From: Calditrichia bacterium
GTDB lineage: Bacteria; Calditrichota; Calditrichia; RBG-13-44-9
Assembly (NCBI GenBank): GCA_037381445.1
Contig: JARRQT010000041.1
Location: 16,568 to 38,556 of the forward strand
Length of the DNA: 21,989 bases
Reading direction: 5' to 3'
The translations under genes and the position numbers were made by a program. The notes under the pieces were generated by a model. The model saw nothing but the letters and a program-made list of their open reading frames with translations, made no database searches and was not told the DNA's origin. This document shows positions 17,553 to 21,989 of this stretch, piece after piece. Position 1 is the stretch's first letter; the number at the start of each line of letters is the position of its first letter.

Positions 17553-17586
17553 AATTTTATGAATCTTAAAAATACGGGAAAATCTA

Positions 17587-18936
17587 TTGAAACCATCTGC
17601 TGAAATGCGCATTGCCAATGCCTGGATTTGCCGGATCACGGAAAATTCCATTGCGCCGGTCTTCGGCGATCTTCTGATTCAAAACCGGAGAATTGTTGAA
17701 ATACGGGAAAAGCCATTTCCCGATTCCATTCCATCAAAATCTGCTGAAGATGAAATGACACTTGACGCAGGCGGACGGGTGCTCACGCTTCCGCTGGTCA
17801 ATTTCCATGAACACATCTATTCCCGGCTTGCCAAGGGACTGCCGGCAAGCGGTCCCCAGGACAATTTTATTCACATTCTCGAGAATCTGTGGTGGAAATT
17901 GGATATGGCCCTGGACGCGGAAATGATTGAAGCCAGTGCCCGAATGGCGGCGCTGGAATCCATCCGCAGCGGCGTCACCTATATTTTCGATCATCATGCT
18001 TCGCCTGCCCACACCCGCGGCAGCCTGGATGTGATCGCCGAGGTCCTGCGACAGTATGGTCTGCGCGGGAATCTCTGTTTTGAGACTTCGGACCGGAACG
18101 GGGCAGAAGCCTCCTCGGATGCCCTGGCTGAGAACGAAAGCTTTATTCGTAGGCATGCGAAGGACAAAGATTTCAGGGGAATGCTGGGACTGCATGCCCT
18201 CTTTACCCTGGAGGACGCCACCCTGAGAAAGGCCGCGGATACCCTGAAGGAAAACAAGGCCGGGATACACATCCATGCGGCGGAAGACAAATCCGATGTG
18301 CAGGTTAACAGCGAAAAGTATGGTCTTTCCCTGGCCCGGCGGCTGCAGAACTTCGATCTGCTGAATTCCCGCTCCATCGTCGTGCATGGCGTGCATCTGG
18401 ATGCGGAGGATTACCGGATTATCGCGGAATCCGGGGCGGCGCTGGCCTATAATCCTGATTCCAATCTCAATAATGCGGTTGGGCTTCCCCGTTACGCGGA
18501 CGTTCCCGCTGACATTCCCGTTCTTGCCGGAACGGACGGCATGCATGCCAATATCGCGCGCAGCCTGAAACAGCTTTTTCTGTTGTACCGCCATCAGCAA
18601 AATGATTTCGGTGCGGCGTTCGGCTGGTTTCAGAAAATCTACTTCGACCAGCTCCGCTTTGCGAATCAGTATTTTCCTGATTTTCCGGGACTGCGGCCGG
18701 GAGATCGCGCTGATTTTATCCTGTGGGATTACATTCCGCCCACGCTGTTTTTGGCTGAGAATTTCTGGGGCCACTACATCTACGGAATTCTGGAGCGCCC
18801 CGTGCACAGCGTCATTCAGAACGGGAGTTTCCTGATGCGGGACTTTGTCATCCCAGGGACCGATCCCGCGAAAACAGGAATTGAAATATTTCAGCAGGGT
18901 CGCCGGCTTTTCAATGCCATACAAAAGGAAAAATGA
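17587..18936 (+). CDS. ssnA: SsnA-like amidohydrolase (purine-ring intermediate hydrolase)
   Basis: SsnA-type signatures NFHEHIYSRLAKGL, NFIHILENLWWKLD.ALD, GVTYIFDHHASP, FETSDRNG, GLHALFTL, HIHAAED, VHGVHL, NPDSNLNNAVG, GTDG, ADFILWDYIPPT and ENFWGH. Start is TTG 17587 or ATG 17605. Confidence 0.85.
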   Translation: MKPSAEMRIANAWICRITENSIAPVFGDLLIQNRRIVEIREKPFPDSIPSKSAEDEMTLDAGGRVLTLPLVNFHEHIYSRLAKGLPASGPQDNFIHILENLWWKLDMALDAEMIEASARMAALESIRSGVTYIFDHHASPAHTRGSLDVIAEVLRQYGLRGNLCFETSDRNGAEASSDALAENESFIRRHAKDKDFRGMLGLHALFTLEDATLRKAADTLKENKAGIHIHAAEDKSDVQVNSEKYGLSLARRLQNFDLLNSRSIVVHGVHLDAEDYRIIAESGAALAYNPDSNLNNAVGLPRYADVPADIPVLAGTDGMHANIARSLKQLFLLYRHQQNDFGAAFGWFQKIYFDQLRFANQYFPDFPGLRPGDRADFILWDYIPPTLFLAENFWGHYIYGILERPVHSVIQNGSFLMRDFVIPGTDPAKTGIEIFQQGRRLFNAIQKEK

Positions 18937-19046
18937 ACATCATTGTTCAGGATTATTTTGCATCCTACACGAACGGAATGGCGAGTGCATAATAAAAGAT
19001 GAATGGCGGTTTTCATAATACCTAAAATTTGATAGAAGAGGATTCA

Positions 19047-21467
19047 ATGTCTGACAAAAAATTCTCGATTGTCGGGAAGCCGGTGGTCCGCCAGGATGGT
19101 TACGAAAAGGTGACCGGCCAGGCCAAATTCACCGACGATCTGAATTATCCCAATCAGTTATACGGGGTGATGGTGCGGATTCCGGCGGTGCATGCCCGGA
19201 TTGTATCGGTCGATTACGCCGCGATCCGGAACCACCTTTCCCTGCTGACGATTGTGGATGCCGGCGATATTCGCGGGGACAAAAAGGTGGGCGCGATCCG
19301 CAAAGACCAGCCGCTGTTTTCCTTTGAAAAAGTAGTCACTTCCGGTGATGCGCTGGCCATGCTGGTGGGCGATTCGGAACGTGAGCTGCTGAAGCTGCGG
19401 GAAAAAATAGAAGTGAAATATGAGGAACTACCGCCGCTGACCGATCCCCGCAAAGCGCTGGACCCGGATGCGCCGTTGATTCATCCGGATTTGCCCAATA
19501 ATCTGATTGTTCATCATCCGCTTCGTAAAGGGAATGTGGAAAAGGGGTTTGCCGAGAGCGACGAGATCATCGAACAGACCTACACCACCCAGCGTATCGA
19601 GCATGCCTACATCGAACCAGAGGCGGTGATCGCGGTTCCGCTGGAAGGCCGGCGGGGCATCCATATTATCGGAAGCATTCAGAATCCCTACACTGCTCGC
19701 AGAATTGTGGCGGCGGTGCTGGGCTGGCCGCTGACCCGGGTGCGTATTCAGCAGGCGGAAATGGGCGGCTCCTTTGGGGGTAAGGATGACGGCATGAATA
19801 TTCTGGCGGCACGAGCGGCTCTGGGCGCGCTGAAAACCGGGCGACCGGTAAAAATCCGTTATTCACGGGAGGAATCCATTCTGGAGGGCTATAAGCGGCA
19901 TCCCTATATCCTGCATTACAAAGTGGGTTTCAGCCGGGAAGGAAAAATCAAAGCCATGAAGATAGATATTCTGGCGGATGGCGGCGCCTATTCTTCCATG
20001 ACGCCGTTTGTCACCTGGCGCACGGTGGTACAGGCCACCGGACCCTACGACATTGAACACGTCCAAACGGACGTGCGGGGCGTTTATACCAACAATCCAT
20101 ACACCGGGGCGATGCGGGGATTCGGTTCGCCGCAGCCGATTTTCGCGCAGGAATCCATAATGGACGAAATCGCCCTCCGGCTGGGGAAATCGCCCGATGA
20201 AATCCGCCGCCTCAATGCCCTGACCCCGGGAGCAAAAACAGCCACCGGCCATAAACTGGAGAACCACGATGTGACGCTTCTGAAAGTGCTGGACACCGCG
20301 CTGGAAAAAACCGATTTCAGAAAGCAGTGGCTTCGTAATAAAGCGGAGAATCAGGAGCTGGAGCGGCCGGGTTCCGCGCTTCCTGTGTATAAGGGAAAAA
20401 ACGCCGGGAATCTGCTGCTGGAAAAGGAACAATTTATTGAGCCGGAAAAAACGATTCGAAAGGGAATCGGTCTGGCGGTGAGCCTGCGCGGCTGTTCGCT
20501 GGGCGCCGAAGGGGTGGACGCGGCGGCGGCCTATCTCTCCCTGCAGCCGGACGGATCGTGCTACCTGCTGTCGGGACTGGCGGAGAACGGTCAGGGACTT
20601 CGGACCACATACAGTATTATTGCAGCGGAAGTTTTCGGGACCTCGGTTGAGGACATTTATTATCTGGACATGGACACCAGCCGGGTGGCGGACAGTGGTC
20701 CCACGGTGGCGTCGCGGGCCACGCTGATGGGAGGCGGGGCGACCCGCGAGGCTGCAGCCATCGTCCGCCAACGTCTGGAAGATGTGCTTCGGGAGGAATG
20801 GCAGTTGCCCGCGGATACCGAATTCGTTTTCAAAGATCATCAGGTTTTTCCACGGCATATTTCGGGAAAGAGAATCCGCTTTGGAGAGCTGTGCACCCTG
20901 GCCTACAATCAGGGGGTCAATCTCTCCACCGTGGGATGGTATGCGGGGCCCAAAGTGCACTGGGATGAAGAAGTCGGGCAGGGACCGGCCTATTTCACCT
21001 ATGTTTACGGCTGCCAGGTGGCCGAAATCCGCGTTAACATTGCCACCGGGGAAGTGTATGTGGACCGGGTGGTAGCGGTGCATGATCCCGGAACCGTGAT
21101 CAATCTGCTGGGAGCGTGGGGACAGGTTTACGGCGGCGTCACTCAGGGGGCCGGGTATGCTTTGTGGGAAGAACTTTCCGTGCACGATGGCAATATCCGG
21201 GAACTGAATTTTGACCAGTATCTGCTTCCCACCAGCAAGGACATCGGCATCATTGAACCTGTATTTGTGGAAGGGAAGGATGAATACGGGCCCTGGGGAG
21301 CCAAGTCGCTGGGCGAGCCGACGCTGGAACTCACTGCTGCCGCCATCAATAATGCCGTCAGCAACGCCCTGGGCCGCCGCTATTTCAATCTTCCCGTGAA
21401 TCTGGAAGAAATCCTGCTGAACCGCAAACTTTATCCCGAAGATACCAGAAGAGGGAGCGCATTATGA
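19047..21467 (+). CDS. xdhA: Xanthine dehydrogenase-family molybdopterin-binding (large) subunit
   Basis: KVTGQAKFTDD, EHAYIEPE, GGSFGGK, AMRGFG, ENGQG, TVASR, VYGGVTQG and GAKSLGE (catalytic Glu). ATG 19047 follows SD GAGGA. The symbol follows the E. coli xdhABC usage, and the actual substrate is inferred. Confidence 0.95.
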   Translation: MSDKKFSIVGKPVVRQDGYEKVTGQAKFTDDLNYPNQLYGVMVRIPAVHARIVSVDYAAIRNHLSLLTIVDAGDIRGDKKVGAIRKDQPLFSFEKVVTSGDALAMLVGDSERELLKLREKIEVKYEELPPLTDPRKALDPDAPLIHPDLPNNLIVHHPLRKGNVEKGFAESDEIIEQTYTTQRIEHAYIEPEAVIAVPLEGRRGIHIIGSIQNPYTARRIVAAVLGWPLTRVRIQQAEMGGSFGGKDDGMNILAARAALGALKTGRPVKIRYSREESILEGYKRHPYILHYKVGFSREGKIKAMKIDILADGGAYSSMTPFVTWRTVVQATGPYDIEHVQTDVRGVYTNNPYTGAMRGFGSPQPIFAQESIMDEIALRLGKSPDEIRRLNALTPGAKTATGHKLENHDVTLLKVLDTALEKTDFRKQWLRNKAENQELERPGSALPVYKGKNAGNLLLEKEQFIEPEKTIRKGIGLAVSLRGCSLGAEGVDAAAAYLSLQPDGSCYLLSGLAENGQGLRTTYSIIAAEVFGTSVEDIYYLDMDTSRVADSGPTVASRATLMGGGATREAAAIVRQRLEDVLREEWQLPADTEFVFKDHQVFPRHISGKRIRFGELCTLAYNQGVNLSTVGWYAGPKVHWDEEVGQGPAYFTYVYGCQVAEIRVNIATGEVYVDRVVAVHDPGTVINLLGAWGQVYGGVTQGAGYALWEELSVHDGNIRELNFDQYLLPTSKDIGIIEPVFVEGKDEYGPWGAKSLGEPTLELTAAAINNAVSNALGRRYFNLPVNLEEILLNRKLYPEDTRRGSAL

Positions 21468-21989
21468 GACACGACTTCGATTTCGTAAAACCTGCATCTC
21501 TGCGCGAGGCGCTCGACCTGATCTCGGAAGGAAATCCGGCAACCCGGCCGCTGGCAGGAGGAACCGACATCATTGCCGGCATGCAGCAGAATGCGCCCCG
21601 TTTCACCGGCATTCAAACATTGGTGGATATTCACCATCTGCCCGAATTGAAGGCCATCCTGGAAGCCGGGAACGGCATCTCCATTGGCGGGGCGGCAGCC
21701 TTCTCGGAAATCCGGAACCATCCGGCAATCAGGGAAAAATTTCCGCTGCTGGCAAAAGCGGTGGGCACCATCGGTTCTATGCAGATCCGCAACCGCGCCA
21801 CCCTGGCCGGCAATTTTGTAAATAATGCGCCCTGTGCGGACAGCGTGCCGCCGCTGCTGGTTTATGAGGCGGAGATCAAAATACAGTCTGTCCGGGGGGA
21901 GCGGAAGCTGCTTCTGCAGGATTTTCTGCTGAAACCGTACCGGACGCAGCTTCGACCGGATGAACTGGTCACCGAAATTTTACTACCCC
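21464..21989 (+). CDS. xdhB: Xanthine dehydrogenase-family FAD-binding (medium) subunit, truncated by the window end
   Basis: Not in the ORF track. ATG 21464 overlaps the upstream TGA, with SD GGGAG. Translates MRHDFDFVKPASLREALDL...PLAGGTDII...IGSMQIRNRATLAGNFVNNAPCADSVPPL..., carrying the FAD motifs AGGTD and QIRNRATLAGN. The frame is open to the window end. Confidence 0.95.
   Translation, partial: MRHDFDFVKPASLREALDLISEGNPATRPLAGGTDIIAGMQQNAPRFTGIQTLVDIHHLPELKAILEAGNGISIGGAAAFSEIRNHPAIREKFPLLAKAVGTIGSMQIRNRATLAGNFVNNAPCADSVPPLLVYEAEIKIQSVRGERKLLLQDFLLKPYRTQLRPDELVTEILLP

Noticed and set aside
17559..17603. Short ORF MNLKNTGKSIETIC as a frameshifted N-terminus of ssnA
   Set aside because: The SsnA fold appears complete from 17587/17605 (MRIANAWI first strand), so no frameshift is needed.
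17734..18924. 396-aa antisense ORF within ssnA
   Set aside because: Same shadow-ORF explanation. No domain signature or independent expression signals.
19863..21185. 440-aa antisense ORF within xdhA
   Set aside because: Fully opposite a well-supported gene, with no recognisable motifs. Expected shadow of GC-biased codon usage.
14568..21989. Selenocysteine (in-frame TGA) recoding in the Mo-hydroxylase cluster, or in the thioredoxin at 1986-2519
   Set aside because: All these ORFs are uninterrupted. The TGA codons occur at natural C-termini, and the thioredoxin TGA is followed immediately by TAG.
1..21989. CRISPR arrays, IS elements, prophage genes, tRNA/rRNA
   Set aside because: No regularly spaced repeats, transposase, integrase or phage motifs, or cloverleaf/rRNA signatures were found by eye. 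Nearly all sequence is accounted for by protein-coding genes.

Overview
Bacterial chromosomal window from a diderm organism (TonB-dependent receptor, outer-membrane beta-barrel, lipoproteins). The gene style suggests an FCB/Calditrichota-like lineage, but that is inference only. From left to right: (1) a minus-strand run of recJ, a RodZ-like gene, an exported CxxS thioredoxin, ggt and a truncated membrane-protein gene; (2) a divergent envelope cluster encoding an OM beta-barrel, a SpoIID/LytB lipoprotein and a two-SPOR protein; (3) an AT-rich lipoprotein plus TonB-dependent receptor pair; (4) a TIGR01777-type epimerase, a degenerate receiver/HisKA-only protein and a crotonase-family hydratase; (5) from about 14.57 kb to the window end, a GC-richer operon encoding an extended CysK-fold PLP enzyme, an allantoinase/hydantoinase-like amidohydrolase, SsnA, and xanthine-dehydrogenase-family Mo and FAD subunits (the last truncated). 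Block 5 is the best candidate for something new. It looks like a variant anaerobic purine/urate catabolic cluster in which a cysteine-synthase-like PLP enzyme may stand in for YgeX, and it is preceded by a long, strongly structured 5' leader. No rRNA, tRNA, CRISPR array or mobile element was seen.
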